A stretch of 64,000 nt of DNA from an uncultured Spirochaetota bacterium (GCA_963734495.1 CAVTHK010000003.1:384001-448000); one strand, 5' to 3'. Counted from the first letter of the stretch, positions 47,674-59,612 are shown. Program-made: numbers and translations. The notes: generated from the letters alone by a model not told the origin.

Positions 47674-50266
47674 ATGGCAGAGCCGATGACCGAGCGCGTG
47701 GCGGACGAGCCGGCGCCGGCGGCAGCGCCGGCTGCCACGCCGGGGAACGATCCCTTTGTCCGAGCGCTCGCCGGCATCTTCCCGCCTGAGCGCCTGCTGG
47801 CGGACCCGGCCAAGCTCAAGCCCTACGAGCGCGACCTCACCATGCCGATGGCCGTGCGGCCGCGGGCCGTGGTCTTCGCCACCGAGCGGCAGCAGGTGAT
47901 CGACGCCGTGCGCGCCTGCTACCGGCACAAGGTGCCCTACGTGGCCCGCGGCGCGGGCTCGAGCCTGAGCGGCGGCTCGCTTCCGGTCGAAGGCGGCATC
48001 GTCATCGCGCTGAAGCAGATGAACCGCGTCCTTCGCGTCGACCCGCGGAGCCGCGTCGCCGTGGTCGAGCCGGGCGTGGTCAACCTCGACGTGAGCCGCG
48101 CGGCGGCATCCTTCAACCTCCATTACGCCCCCGACCCTTCGAGCCAGGCCTTCTGCACGATCGGAGGCAACGTCGCCTTCAACTCCGGAGGCGCGCACTG
48201 CCTGAAGTACGGGATGACGGCCAACCACGTGCTGGGCCTGGAGGCGGTGCTCGCCGACGGCGAGGTCGTGCGCCTCGGCGGCGAGAGCCTCGAGCCCGCG
48301 GGCCCGGACCTCACGCCGTTCTTTGTCGGGAGCGAGGGCCTCTTCGGGATCGCGCTGGAGGTCACGCTGCGCCTGCTGCCGCGCGTGGAGGCCTACCGCA
48401 CTGTGCTCGCCACCTACCCGGGCCTGGAGGCCGCGGGCAACGCCGTGGCGATGGTCGTGGCCTCGGGCCTGCTCCCCGGAGCGCTGGAGATCATGGACCC
48501 GCTGGCGATCAAGGCCACGGAGGCTGCCTCGCACGCGGGCTACCCGCTCGACTGCGGCGGCCTCGTCATCGTGGAGCTCGAAGGCGAGCGCGTCCAGGTC
48601 GAGGCGGAGTTCGAGCGCCTGATGGACCTCATCCGCCGCTCGGGGGCGCAAGCGGTGAGGGTCGCGCAGAGCGACGCGGAGCGGGCCGCGCTGTGGAAGG
48701 GCCGCAAGGCGGCCTTTACCGCCGTGCGCAGCTTGAGCAAGAGCTACATCGTGCAGGACGGCGTCGTGCCGCGGGGAAAGCTCGGGGCCGCCCTCGCCGA
48801 GATCGAGCGCCTGTCGCGCCGTTATGCGGTCCCGGTGGCCAACGTCTTTCACGCGGGCGACGGCAACCTCCACCCCCTGATCCTCTACGCGATGGAGGGC
48901 GTCGACTGCAGCTTCGAGAAGGCGGAGCGCCTCTCGGGCGAGATCCTGCGGATGTGCATCTCCATGGGCGGCTCCATCACCGGAGAGCACGGCGTGGGCC
49001 TCGAGAAGCGCGCCTATCTGCCCGAGATGTACGGGCCGGCCGAGATGGCGCTGATGACGGAGATGCGCGCGGTCATGGACCCCGCGACCATCGCCAATCC
49101 CGGCAAGATGCTCCTCCTCGACAAGGGACACGGAAGAGAAGTCAAGGTCAAGGTGAAGGCCGCGGCCGCCCATGGCCGGGCGGGGACCGTCGCGCCCCGC
49201 GACGCGGCCGAGGTCGCCGAGGCCGTCGCCGCGGCGGAACGCGTGCACGTGCGCGGCGCCGGCACCAAGCCGGGCCTCGCGCCCGCGGCCGACGAGCACG
49301 CGACCGTGATCGACACCTCCGCGCTGCGCGGGGTGCTCGAGTACGAGCCGAACGAGTTTACCTTTACCGCGCTCGCGGGCACGCCCGTCGCCCGGATCGA
49401 GGCGTTGCTCGCGGAGCACGGCCAGTACCTTCCCTTCGATCCGCCGTTCGCCGCGGCGGGCGCGACCCTCGGCGGCGCTGTGGCGTCGGGTTTGTCCGGC
49501 CCGGGCCGCCTGCGCTTCGGCGGCGTGCGCGACTTCATCCTTGGAGGCCGGTTCGTCGACGGAAGCGGAAGGCTGATCCGCGCCGGGGCGAAAGTCGTCA
49601 AGAACGCCGCGGGCTTCGACCTGCCCAAGCTCCTCGTCGGCAGCCTCGGCCGGCTCGGAGTCCTCGCCGAGCTCACGTTCAAGGTCTTCCCGAAGCCCGA
49701 ATCATGCGCCTCGCTCGAGGCGCGCTTCCCTTCGCTGGCAGAGGCGGTTGCGGGCGCGGAGAAGCTGCTGACGGCGCCCCTCGAGATCGCGGCTCTGGAC
49801 ATCGAGCCCCGCGACGGGCGGGGCGGCGATGCTCGTGCGCATCGCGGGGCTGGAGGGGCAGCTCGCGCCGCGCCTCGAGCGGCTTGCGCGCCTCGCCGCC
49901 GGCGGGACCGCGCTGCGCGGCGAGCCGGAGGCGGCGCTGTGGCGGGCCGCTTCGGAGTGCGCCTGGGCGCGCGGCGGGCTGCTCGTGCGGGTGGCAGCCG
50001 CGCTGGGCCGGCTGGAGGAGCTGGACGCGGCCGCCTCGGCGCTGGGCCTCGCGCGCCGTTACTCCGGCGGCGGCAGCGCGGCCTGGCTCGCCGCCGAGAG
50101 CGACCGGCTGCCGGATGTGGACGCGATGCTGCGGCGGCTCGGGCTGCGGGGCCTGCTGGTGCGCGGTCCCGCCGGCACGCCGCTGCTCGGCGCCGCGGTC
50201 GACGAGCCGTTCCGCCGCCGCGTCGCCTCCGTGCTCGACCCCGCCGGCCGCTTCGCCAGCTGGTGA
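47674..50266 (+). CDS. FAD-linked oxidase, GlcD-GlcE fusion (glycolate/D-lactate oxidase type); frameshift near 49820
   Basis: GlcD part: [47 protein letters not shown]. GlcE part in the same frame: [39 protein letters not shown]; ends LDPAGRF. Confidence 0.85.
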
Positions 50267-50302
50267 CCGGCGGCGCGTCCGCGCGCCGCGGGTGACTTCA
50301 CC

Positions 50303-51260
50303 TTAGCTCAGTTCCTCCGCTCTCCAGCAGGCGACCCAGCGCCTCGGCTCGAGCTCGCGAAGGTCGGGGTCGGCGACGGCGCAGCGGTCCTGCGCGTGCG
50401 GGCAGCGCGGCGCGAAGCGGCACCCCGGCGCGGGGTCGACGGGCGAGCCGATCTCGCCTTTGAGGATGATCTGCTCCCTGCGGGCGCGGGAGTCGAAGGC
50501 GGGGATGGCGGAGATCAGCGCGCGCGTGTAGGGGTGGAGCTGCTTCGCGAAGAGCTCGCGGCTCGGCGCCTTTTCCACGAGCTGTCCGAGGTACATGACG
50601 GCGATCTCGTCGGAGATGTGCTTGACCACGGACATGTCGTGCGTCACGAACAGGTACGTGAGACCGAGGCGGTCCTGCAGGTCCTGCATGAGGTTGAGGA
50701 TCTGCGCCTGCACCGAGACGTCGAGCGCGGAGACGGGCTCGTCGCAGACGACGAACTTCGGCTCGAGCGCGAGGGCGCGCGCGATGCCGATGCGCTGCCG
50801 CCTCCCGCCGTCGAGCTCGTGGGGGAAGGCGCCGTAGAGCCGCTCGGCGAGCTCGACCACCTCCATGAGCTCGCGGACCTTGCTCTCCAGCTCCCTCCTG
50901 CCGCGCACCCGCCGGTGGATGACGAGCGGCTCGCCGATGATCGAGGCCACGCTCATCCGCGGATCGAGGGACGCGTAGGGGTCCTGGAAGATGATCTGCA
51001 TGCGGCTGCGCAGGCCCCGCAGAGCGGCGGCCTTCGCGGTGAACACGTCGATCCCGTCAAAGGTGACGCGGCCCGCCGTCGGCTCGAGCAGCCGCAGGAT
51101 CACGCGGCCGATCGTGGTCTTGCCGCACCCGCTTTCGCCCACCAGGCCGAGGGTGCGGCCGGAGTCGATGTCGAACGAGACGCCGTCGACCGCGTGGACC
51201 ATGCCGCGGGCGGTCGCGAAGTGCTTGCGGACCTCTCTGACCTGCAGGATGGGTGCGGGC

Positions 51261-51268
<8 letters not shown>
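50303..51268 (-). CDS. Oligopeptide/dipeptide ABC transporter ATPase (OppF/DppF-like)
   Basis: GESGCGKTT, IFQDPYASLDP, ELDGGRRQRIGIARAL, CDEPVSALDVS, GCRFAPRC. Confidence 0.94.
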
Positions 51269-52305
<1,037 letters not shown>

Positions 52306-52321
52306 GGCTCCCCTCCCGCCT

Positions 52322-53308
52322 CTACCTCTTCAGCCGCGGGTCCAGCGCGTCGCGCAGGCCGTCGCCGATCAGGTTGAAGGCCAGGATGACGGTCATGATC
52401 GCCAGCCCCGGAAAGATCAGCGTGTGGGGCGCGGTGATGATGTAGGGCCTGCCCTCCGAGAGCATGTTCCCCCACTCGGGCGAGGGCGGCTGGATCCCGA
52501 GCCCCAGGAACGACAGGGAGGTCGCGGACAGGATCGACTGGGCCATGCCGAGGGTCGCCTGCACGATGACCGGCGCCATGCAGTTGGGCAGCACGTGCAT
52601 GAGGATGGTCCGGGGGCTCCTCGCTCCGAGCGCGCGGGCGCTCTCGATGAACTCCTGGTCCTTGACGGTGAGCACCGAAGCCCGCACCAGGCGCACGTAG
52701 ATCGGGACCGAGGTGATCCCGATCGCCAGCAGCAGGTTGCGGAAGTTGGGCCCCAGGGCCGCGACGATCGCGAGCGCGAACAGGATGTTGGGGATCGCGA
52801 GGAGGATGTCGGCCCCGCGCATGATCGTGGTCTCGAGCGCCCCGCCGTAGTAGCCGGCCACCGCGCCGAGCCCGCCCCCGATGACGACCGCGAACACGAT
52901 CGTCACGAAGCCGATGATCATCGACACGCGCGCGCCGTGCATGATGCGGCCGAGGACGTCGCGGCCAAAGTTGTCCGCCCCGAGAAGATAGACGTGGCTC
53001 GTCTCGCCGCCCGGTACGCTCACCCGGGCCGCGGCGCCCGGCGGTGCAAAGGCGTTCGGGATCTGGTTGGCGGTGATGAAGTCGTAGGAATACAGCAGGT
53101 CCGCGCTCAGGGCCACGGCCGCGTACAGCGCGACCACGACGAGGCCGGCCACGGCGAGGCGGTTCTTGCGGAAGCGCCTCCAGAACTCCTCGAAGGGACC
53201 GCGCGTGCGGGCGCGCCCGCGTTCCGCGGGCCGCCGGCTGGGGCGGGCGGACGGCGTGCCCCGCGCGGACAGCCTACGCGGCGCGGCTTCGCGCGGCTCT
53301 CGCGGCAT
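52322..53308 (-). CDS. Oligopeptide ABC permease (OppC/DppC-like)
   Basis: LLGADNFGRDVLGRI, EFIESARALGA, SLSFLGLGIQPPSPEWG, GDGLRDALDP. Confidence 0.94.
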   Translation of the reverse strand: MPREPREAAPRRLSARGTPSARPSRRPAERGRARTRGPFEEFWRRFRKNRLAVAGLVVVALYAAVALSADLLYSYDFITANQIPNAFAPPGAAARVSVPGGETSHVYLLGADNFGRDVLGRIMHGARVSMIIGFVTIVFAVVIGGGLGAVAGYYGGALETTIMRGADILLAIPNILFALAIVAALGPNFRNLLLAIGITSVPIYVRLVRASVLTVKDQEFIESARALGARSPRTILMHVLPNCMAPVIVQATLGMAQSILSATSLSFLGLGIQPPSPEWGNMLSEGRPYIITAPHTLIFPGLAIMTVILAFNLIGDGLRDALDPRLKR

Positions 53309-54305
53309 GGCCCGCCCCCCTCTTCTTCCGTTTCGCGCTGCCGACGTACTGCGCCTTGATCCTGGGGTCGATGAACGCGTACAGGATGTCGACGAGCAGG
53401 TTCACCATGGCGAAGACCATGGCCATGAAGACGACCGACGCGAGGATCTGAGGCGTGTCCTTGCGCTGGATCGCGTCCACCATGATGGTGCCGATGCCGG
53501 GGTAGGAGAAGACCGTCTCCGTGAGCACGGCGCCGACCAGGAGCTGGCCGACCTGCAGGCCGATCACGGTGACCACCGGGATCAGCGCGTTGCGCAGCGC
53601 GTGCTTGCGGATGACCGTCTTCTCGTCGAGGCCCTTGGCGCGGGCCGTGCGGACGTAGTCCTGGCGCACGACCTCCAGCATCGACGAGCGGGTCATGCGG
53701 GTCTGGACCGCCGTGCTCATGGCCGCCAGCGTGATGGCCGGCAGAACGATGGACATCGGGTTGGAGGGCACGGCGAGCGACGGGAAGATGTGCAGCTGCA
53801 CGGAGAAGATCCAGATCAGCATCATCCCGAGCCAGAACGCCGGCATCGAGATGCCCATCAGGGCCAGCACCGTGACGAGCATGTCGGTCTTCGAATACTG
53901 GCGGGTGGCCGAGATGATGCCGAAGGGGATCGCGATGACCACTGAGAGGAAGAGCGCGACCGTCGAGAGGAGAACCGTGTTCGGGAACCGCTCGAGGATC
54001 GTGCCGAAGACCGGCCGGTTGGAGACGTAGGAGCGGCCGAGGTCGAGCGCCACCAGGCCCCTGTAGTCGAACGAGTCTCCCGGCCCGTCGTAGCCGAAGA
54101 GGAAGTGCAGGTACTGCACCACGAACGAACGGTCCAGTCCCATGGCCGCGCGCAGGGTGGCCACGTCTTCGGTGGTGGCGTCCTGGGGCAGCAGCATCCG
54201 GGCGGGGTCACCCGGCGAGATGTAGGTCAGCGTGAAGACGATGAACGTCACTCCCAGGACGACGGGTATGAGCTGGAAAAGCCTGCGGATGATGTAGCGG
54301 ATCAT
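53274..54305 (-). CDS. Oligopeptide ABC permease (OppB/DppB-like)
   Basis: YIIRRL, PGDPA, QDYVRTARAKGL, HALRNALIPV, ETVFSYPGIG, YAFIDPRI. Confidence 0.94.
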   Translation of the reverse strand: MIRYIIRRLFQLIPVVLGVTFIVFTLTYISPGDPARMLLPQDATTEDVATLRAAMGLDRSFVVQYLHFLFGYDGPGDSFDYRGLVALDLGRSYVSNRPVFGTILERFPNTVLLSTVALFLSVVIAIPFGIISATRQYSKTDMLVTVLALMGISMPAFWLGMMLIWIFSVQLHIFPSLAVPSNPMSIVLPAITLAAMSTAVQTRMTRSSMLEVVRQDYVRTARAKGLDEKTVIRKHALRNALIPVVTVIGLQVGQLLVGAVLTETVFSYPGIGTIMVDAIQRKDTPQILASVVFMAMVFAMVNLLVDILYAFIDPRIKAQYVGSAKRKKRGAGHAARAARSRAA

Positions 54306-54321
54306 CGAGGGCTCGCGATGA

Positions 54322-54352
54322 CGGCGGCGGGGGAGGGAATCCCCCGCCGCCG
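54322..54352 (-). terminator. Intercistronic hairpin between the binding-protein and permease genes
   Basis: CGGCGGCGGGGGA...TCCCCCGCCGCCG stem; may stabilise or attenuate the upstream mRNA. Confidence 0.55.
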
Positions 54353-54368
54353 GGATTCGCGGAACGCG

Positions 54369-56106
54369 CTACTTCTTGGCCGCGACGTTCTTCGCGGCAT
54401 TGCGCAGCTTGAAGGAGCCCGAGGGGAAGATCTCGACGCCGTCGATGTTGGTCTGGGCGGCCGAGAGGCCCATGATGGCCACCAGCGGCACGCGCGGGAG
54501 GTCCTTGAGGACCTGCCTGGCCGCGCTCTGGTAGGCGGCGTTGCGCTCCGGGCCGTTCGGCAGCGAGTTGCCCTTGTCGATCCCCTGCTGCGCTTCCTTC
54601 GTGTAGTACTTGGTGTCGTGCAGCAGAGAGGTGTTGAAACCGTCGAAGGCGACAAAGATATAGTAGGAGTCGTCCGTCTGCGTCCAGTTCACCAGAAGGT
54701 CCCAGACCTTCGGGTCGGTCTTGCTGCGCCGCGTCGCGAGCTCCGACAGGGCGACCTGCTCGATCTCGACGAGGTCGACGCCGAGCGCCTTCTTCACCTG
54801 GTCCTTGACCACGAGGGCTTCCTTGACGTAGGTGCTGCCCGAAAGCGCCGTCAGCCTGAGCGAGCTGGGCGCCTTGAGCGCCGCCGGCAGCGTGTCGAAG
54901 ATCTCCTTGGCCTTCTTCGGGTTGTAGTACCCGGTCTGGTCGTTGCCTTCCTCCATGCGGGTGCCCTTGGCATCCGTGATGCGGCCGAACGGCAGGGTCT
55001 CGACGTACTGCAGCGTCACCTTGCCGCGCTTGTCCATGATGTCGGGCGAGTTGACGATGTCCGACGGGTTGATCGAGTACAGGATCGCGTTGCGGAGCTT
55101 CGCGCTGCTCGCATTGAGGTCGTACTCGCCGTCGTTGTCGGGTGAGCCGTCGGGCCTGACCTGGCCGACCCTGGGCGAGTTCATGTTGAAGGCGAGGTAG
55201 TGGTAGCCGAAGTAGCCGTTGGTCGTAAGGATCCGCGCTCCCTGCTTCTCGATCTCGCGGGCGTCGAGAGGCACCACGTTCATGATCAGGTCGACTTCCT
55301 TGTTCATGAACGCGGTCTTGAGCGCCGACGGGTCCTTGATCGTCTTGAACACGATCTTCTCAGCGTTCGTCTTGAGCGTCTTGTCCCAGCAGTCGGGGTT
55401 GCGCTTGAGCGTGACGTTGTCGCCCTGGGTCCAGGACTCGAATTTGAAGGGGCCTGTCCCGACCGCGAAGGTGATGCCGTAGTCCTTGAGCGTGCCGTCG
55501 GCCTGGGCCTTCTCCATCGTCTCCTTGTCCACGATCGAAGCCCCGAGCCACGTGAGCTGGTTGAGCTGCGACCCGAACGAAACCGGCGCGTAGTACCTGG
55601 CGCGGTCCGCCGCGCTCTTGAGATCGGAGTCCTTGGTGCCCGCGGGCGCCTTGGCCGCGTCGAGCTTGCCGGTGCGGAAGCTGAAGGTCATGTCGTCGAT
55701 CTTCTGGATGTCGTACATCATGGCGAAGATCGACTTCATCTGGCTCTTCTCGTGGAAGCCGCCGCGCTGGAACGAGTAGATCACGTCGTCGATGGTGAGC
55801 TTGTTCCCGTTGTGGAACTTGACGCCGTCCTTGATCCTGATCGTGTACCGGGTGCCGTTCTCGTCGATCTTCGGCATGTCGGCGGCGAGGCCCGGGCTCG
55901 ATCGTGCCGTCCTTGGTGAGCTCGTACAGCCGGTCGTAGATCAGCAGGTTGACGTTGTGCGTCGGCGTGTCGCTGTACATCGGCGGGTCCAGGATCACCG
56001 GGTCAGTGCCCTGGCCGACGACGATCGTCAGTGGCTGTTTCGTGCCGCCGGCGCATCCCAGCAGGACTGCAGCCGCGACGATCGAGACGACCATCAATCT
56101 TTTCAT
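54369..56106 (-). CDS. Family 5 ABC substrate-binding lipoprotein (OppA/DppA-like); frameshift near 55890
   Basis: Lipobox VLLGC; LIYDRLY, GVKFHNG..LTIDDVIYSF, VGTGPFKF, LKRNPDCW, YLAFNMN. Confidence 0.9.
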
Positions 56107-56364
56107 TTCCTGACCTCCTCTTGCGTGCGAAGAAACCATCTTAGACCACCTGCGGTAAGTGGTACAATCCGATGGAGGCGGCTCCAGGCGGCTCCACCTG
56201 CGACGCAGCCGAGGCCAGAGTCGGTCTGTCGACATCCGAAATGGCGGTGCAAGCTTGATCTTTTGGAGATTATGTGCATTGCTCGATGTACAGAGGCGAG
56301 GTGTTCCCAGACGTGGGACGTTGGTCTTGCGGTGGGGTTATTGAACGTGAGGGACGGGGCCCGC

Positions 56365-57303
56365 ATGGAGCAACTGGATCTGCTGCAGGCCGCAGGGACG
56401 GACCTGAGGCCTGCATCGCTGGATTCCCTCGAGTTGACCATGGACCTCGGGGACCTGGCGATCGCCGGCAAGACCGAAGAGACCTTTGACGATCTGATCG
56501 CCGGAGAACAATACCGAAAGGGTAATCTACCTCCGCTGCAGGCCTGCCGTCGGGCCCTGCGTCCGGGCGGCGTCCTCACCCTCACGAATCCCCATCACCC
56601 AGCAGACCTCGAGCCCTACCTGGATCTGCAGCAGATGCTGCTGAACGCGGCGGGCTTTGTCGGCGTGACCGTCAAGAGCAGACAACCGATCGTCGTGCAG
56701 GCGACAGTGCGGCCGCCGGTGGCCGAGGAGTACGAGCACGGGATGGTTCTGCGGGAGATCATTGACCCCGTCGAGATCCTCGCCTGTCACGAGTTCGCGC
56801 GCGAGCTCTACTACTACAAGGACTTCAACTATGACCTGGACGTGGTCAGGCAGTTCGACGCGCACGCGGCCATGGGAGCGGTCTACGACCACGCCGGGCG
56901 GACCATCGCGGTCGGCCGCGTGGTCCTGAGGGTCCCCGGGCACAACTGCCCGTTCATGTACGCGATCGAGGACGATGGAGCGCACTACGAAGTCCCCGCC
57001 CGCTTCCGCCGCATCTGCGAGGTCATGGGGTTGTTCAAGGAAGGCCACAGCGGCGTGATCGCGTTCAAGCGGCTGCTGGAGTACCTGACGCAATACGCCT
57101 ACTACATCGCCGGCGTCGACAGCATCTGGACGACCTACGACGCGAACGACCCCTTTACGGGCAGCTACTACAAGAGCAAGCTGCTGATGCGGGAGGCCGG
57201 GGTCAGGCTGACCTACCGGGACTTCGGAGGCAAATGGAACCTGATATGGACCGACAGAATCCAGGAGCTGCGCGATCTGCATCGGGATATGTTCAGAAGG
57301 TAA
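56365..57303 (+). CDS. Two-domain protein: partial class I methyltransferase-like fold plus LuxI/FeeM-like GNAT acyl-synthase domain
   Basis: N-terminal LRPASLD..LQACRRALRPGGVLTL..LLNAAGF with no GxGxG. C-terminal EILACHEFARELY..QFDAHA..YDHAGRTIAVGRVV..CPF..RRICEV..FKRLLEY..AGVDSIW. Confidence 0.55.
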   Translation: MEQLDLLQAAGTDLRPASLDSLELTMDLGDLAIAGKTEETFDDLIAGEQYRKGNLPPLQACRRALRPGGVLTLTNPHHPADLEPYLDLQQMLLNAAGFVGVTVKSRQPIVVQATVRPPVAEEYEHGMVLREIIDPVEILACHEFARELYYYKDFNYDLDVVRQFDAHAAMGAVYDHAGRTIAVGRVVLRVPGHNCPFMYAIEDDGAHYEVPARFRRICEVMGLFKEGHSGVIAFKRLLEYLTQYAYYIAGVDSIWTTYDANDPFTGSYYKSKLLMREAGVRLTYRDFGGKWNLIWTDRIQELRDLHRDMFRR

Positions 57304-59258
57304 GGGCCTTTCTGAACGAGGGCCTCCCGCAGTCCGGCGATCTGCGCGAGCAGTACCTCCGCCAGCAGACCGACTCGCTCACGCGGGTCAACCGCGTCGG
57401 GGCGTGGCTCGCGACGCTCCTCGTGGCCTACCTCACCTGGTTCTCCGATCCTGTCGCGTTCCCCGAGTACGCCCCCCAGATGTTCGTGGGACGCATGTAC
57501 GTGATCGTCCCGGGGGTGATCGTCATCGTCCTCACGTTCATCCCGGCGCTCCGCCGCTACGGCGTGCTTCTGTCGTTCTTTGTCTATCTCGGCCCCGCGC
57601 TGATGATGGCTCACCTCACGGCGGTGATGGACAACCACTTCTCGGATGTCGTCGCCTGGACCTTCGTGAACATCATCTTCTGCGGCATCTACCCGCTCCC
57701 GCTGCTGTACTCGGCCGTGGTCGTCCTCATCTCGACAGCCTACTACATCGCGACCTACCTGATGTCCGGCTTCCTGCCGGACCTGGACTTCCGCATGGTG
57801 CTCGTCAACGAGCTGAGCGCCGCCCTGATCACGCTGTTCTTCAAGATCGGAATGGAGCGGGTGCGCAGGCGCGAGTTCGTGTTCCGCATCGGCCTGGAGC
57901 GGGCCAACAAGGAGATCGCCGAGCTCAACGACAAGCTCAAGGACGAGAACCTCCGCCTCAGCCACGAGATCGAGATCGCCCATCACATCCAGAGCATCGT
58001 GCTGCCCCAGGAGCGGGACTACCAGGCGTTCCGCGACCTGGAGATCTCCTGCCAGATGCTCCCCGCGGCGGAGGTGGGGGGCGACTACTTCGACACGATC
58101 CACTTCGGCCCGGACGGGTTCATCGCGATCGGGGACGTGACCGATCACGGCCTGCACTCCGGGCTCATCATGATGATGGTGCACACCGCGCTGCGCGCCC
58201 TGAGCAATGTCGAGCGCAACGACATCCAGCGGGTCTTCCGCGTCATCAACAAGCTCCTGTACGATTTCCGGCTCAAGACGCAGGACCACCGGATCATGTC
58301 GCTGATCATCCTCAAGTATCTCGGCGACGGCGAGTTCGTCATGACGGGCCAGCACGAGTCGCTGCTGATCCTCCGCAAGGACGGCACCGTGCAGGACATC
58401 GAGTCGCTCGAGTACGGCATGTACGCGGGGCTGGACGCCAACATCTCGCCCTACCTCAGGCTCCTGAGCTTCCGGCTCGACGTCGACGACGCCCTCGTGC
58501 TCTACACGGACGGGGTCACCGAGGCCGTCGACGAGCACCAGAGGGCCTTTGGCAGGGAGGGCATCATCGAGGCCGCGCTCGCGGTCAGGACCTCGTCGGC
58601 GGACACGATCCGCACGGCGATCCTGGACGCCTGCCAGAGGCACATCGGGACCGGCCGCCGCTTCGACGACATCTCCATCCTCGTCGTGCGGAGGCAGCAG
58701 GACCGCGGCTGGGACGGCGTGCTCAGCGGCACGATCCATGTCGGCGACAAGATCGATCTGGAGGAGAGCGTCGAGACATCGTTCACCGTGCGCTTCCTGC
58801 CCCTCGACATGTTCGACAACTGGCAGCGGGGCAGCGTGCTCTCCAACTTCACCGCCGAGTACTTCAGGCACAATTTCCCCGCCGAAGCCGACAGCGGGCT
58901 GATCTCGACGGTGGTGAACGAGCTGGTCGAGAACGGCGCGAAGTTCTCGGCGAACAACTCGCTCCCGGTCGAGCTCACGCTGAAGAAAGCGAGCACCCGG
59001 CTTCTGGTGCGCGCCACCAACTCGGTGCCGCACCACCGGTGCGAGCCTTTCATGAACGTCTGCCGCCAGCTCTTCGAACGGAACCTGGACGAGCTCTACG
59101 TGGAGCGGATCGCCGAGGACACGGAGCATCGCGAAGCCTCGGGTCTCGGCCTGCTGCTGGTCAAGAAGGACTATTGTTCCCGGCTCAGCTTTGATTTTCG
59201 TTTTGACGAAGATGATACAGTACAGGTCTCGGTCACCGCGGAGCTCGCGTTCCGGTGA
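57234..59258 (+). CDS. Multi-TM sensor, SpoIIE/PP2C phosphatase and C-terminal HATPase-like Ser/Thr kinase (slr1658/SiaB-like) fusion
   Basis: About 6 TM segments, a coiled coil, PP2C motifs EVGGDYFD / IGDVTDHG / LYTDGVTEA / DDISILVV, then ISTVVNELVENGAKFS...SGLGLL. Start uncertain. Confidence 0.85.
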   Translation: MEPDMDRQNPGAARSASGYVQKVRAFLNEGLPQSGDLREQYLRQQTDSLTRVNRVGAWLATLLVAYLTWFSDPVAFPEYAPQMFVGRMYVIVPGVIVIVLTFIPALRRYGVLLSFFVYLGPALMMAHLTAVMDNHFSDVVAWTFVNIIFCGIYPLPLLYSAVVVLISTAYYIATYLMSGFLPDLDFRMVLVNELSAALITLFFKIGMERVRRREFVFRIGLERANKEIAELNDKLKDENLRLSHEIEIAHHIQSIVLPQERDYQAFRDLEISCQMLPAAEVGGDYFDTIHFGPDGFIAIGDVTDHGLHSGLIMMMVHTALRALSNVERNDIQRVFRVINKLLYDFRLKTQDHRIMSLIILKYLGDGEFVMTGQHESLLILRKDGTVQDIESLEYGMYAGLDANISPYLRLLSFRLDVDDALVLYTDGVTEAVDEHQRAFGREGIIEAALAVRTSSADTIRTAILDACQRHIGTGRRFDDISILVVRRQQDRGWDGVLSGTIHVGDKIDLEESVETSFTVRFLPLDMFDNWQRGSVLSNFTAEYFRHNFPAEADSGLISTVVNELVENGAKFSANNSLPVELTLKKASTRLLVRATNSVPHHRCEPFMNVCRQLFERNLDELYVERIAEDTEHREASGLGLLLVKKDYCSRLSFDFRFDEDDTVQVSVTAELAFR

Positions 59259-59270
59259 GGCAATAGGGGA

Positions 59271-59612
59271 ATGGAAGACACATCAGCGGCCTACGCGGTC
59301 CGGGTGACGCGGGATTTCTCGAGGATCTCGTTCAGCGGCACCCTGCGCCTGCAGGGCAGGCAGGAGTACGAAAAGATCTACCGGATGCTCCGGTACGCCG
59401 CGAACAAGTCGGGCGAGAGCCTCGAGATCGACCTGAGGCAGCTGCAGTTCCTCAACAGCTCGGGCGTCTCCACCTTCAGCCTCTTTATCATCGAGATGCG
59501 CGAGGTCGGCAAGAAGCTGTTCATCACCGGGAACAAGCTCGTCGCCTGGCAGAGCAAGTCGCTCGCCAATTTCAGGCGGCTCTACGACAAGGTCGTGGTG
59601 AACCTGGTGTGA
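59271..59612 (+). CDS. STAS-like anti-anti-sigma-type protein (slr1659/SiaC-like)
   Basis: FSGTLRL..EY, IDLRQLQFLNSSGVS (SpoIIAA-like phospho-Ser motif), WQSKSLANFRRL. Confidence 0.82.
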   Translation: MEDTSAAYAVRVTRDFSRISFSGTLRLQGRQEYEKIYRMLRYAANKSGESLEIDLRQLQFLNSSGVSTFSLFIIEMREVGKKLFITGNKLVAWQSKSLANFRRLYDKVVVNLV

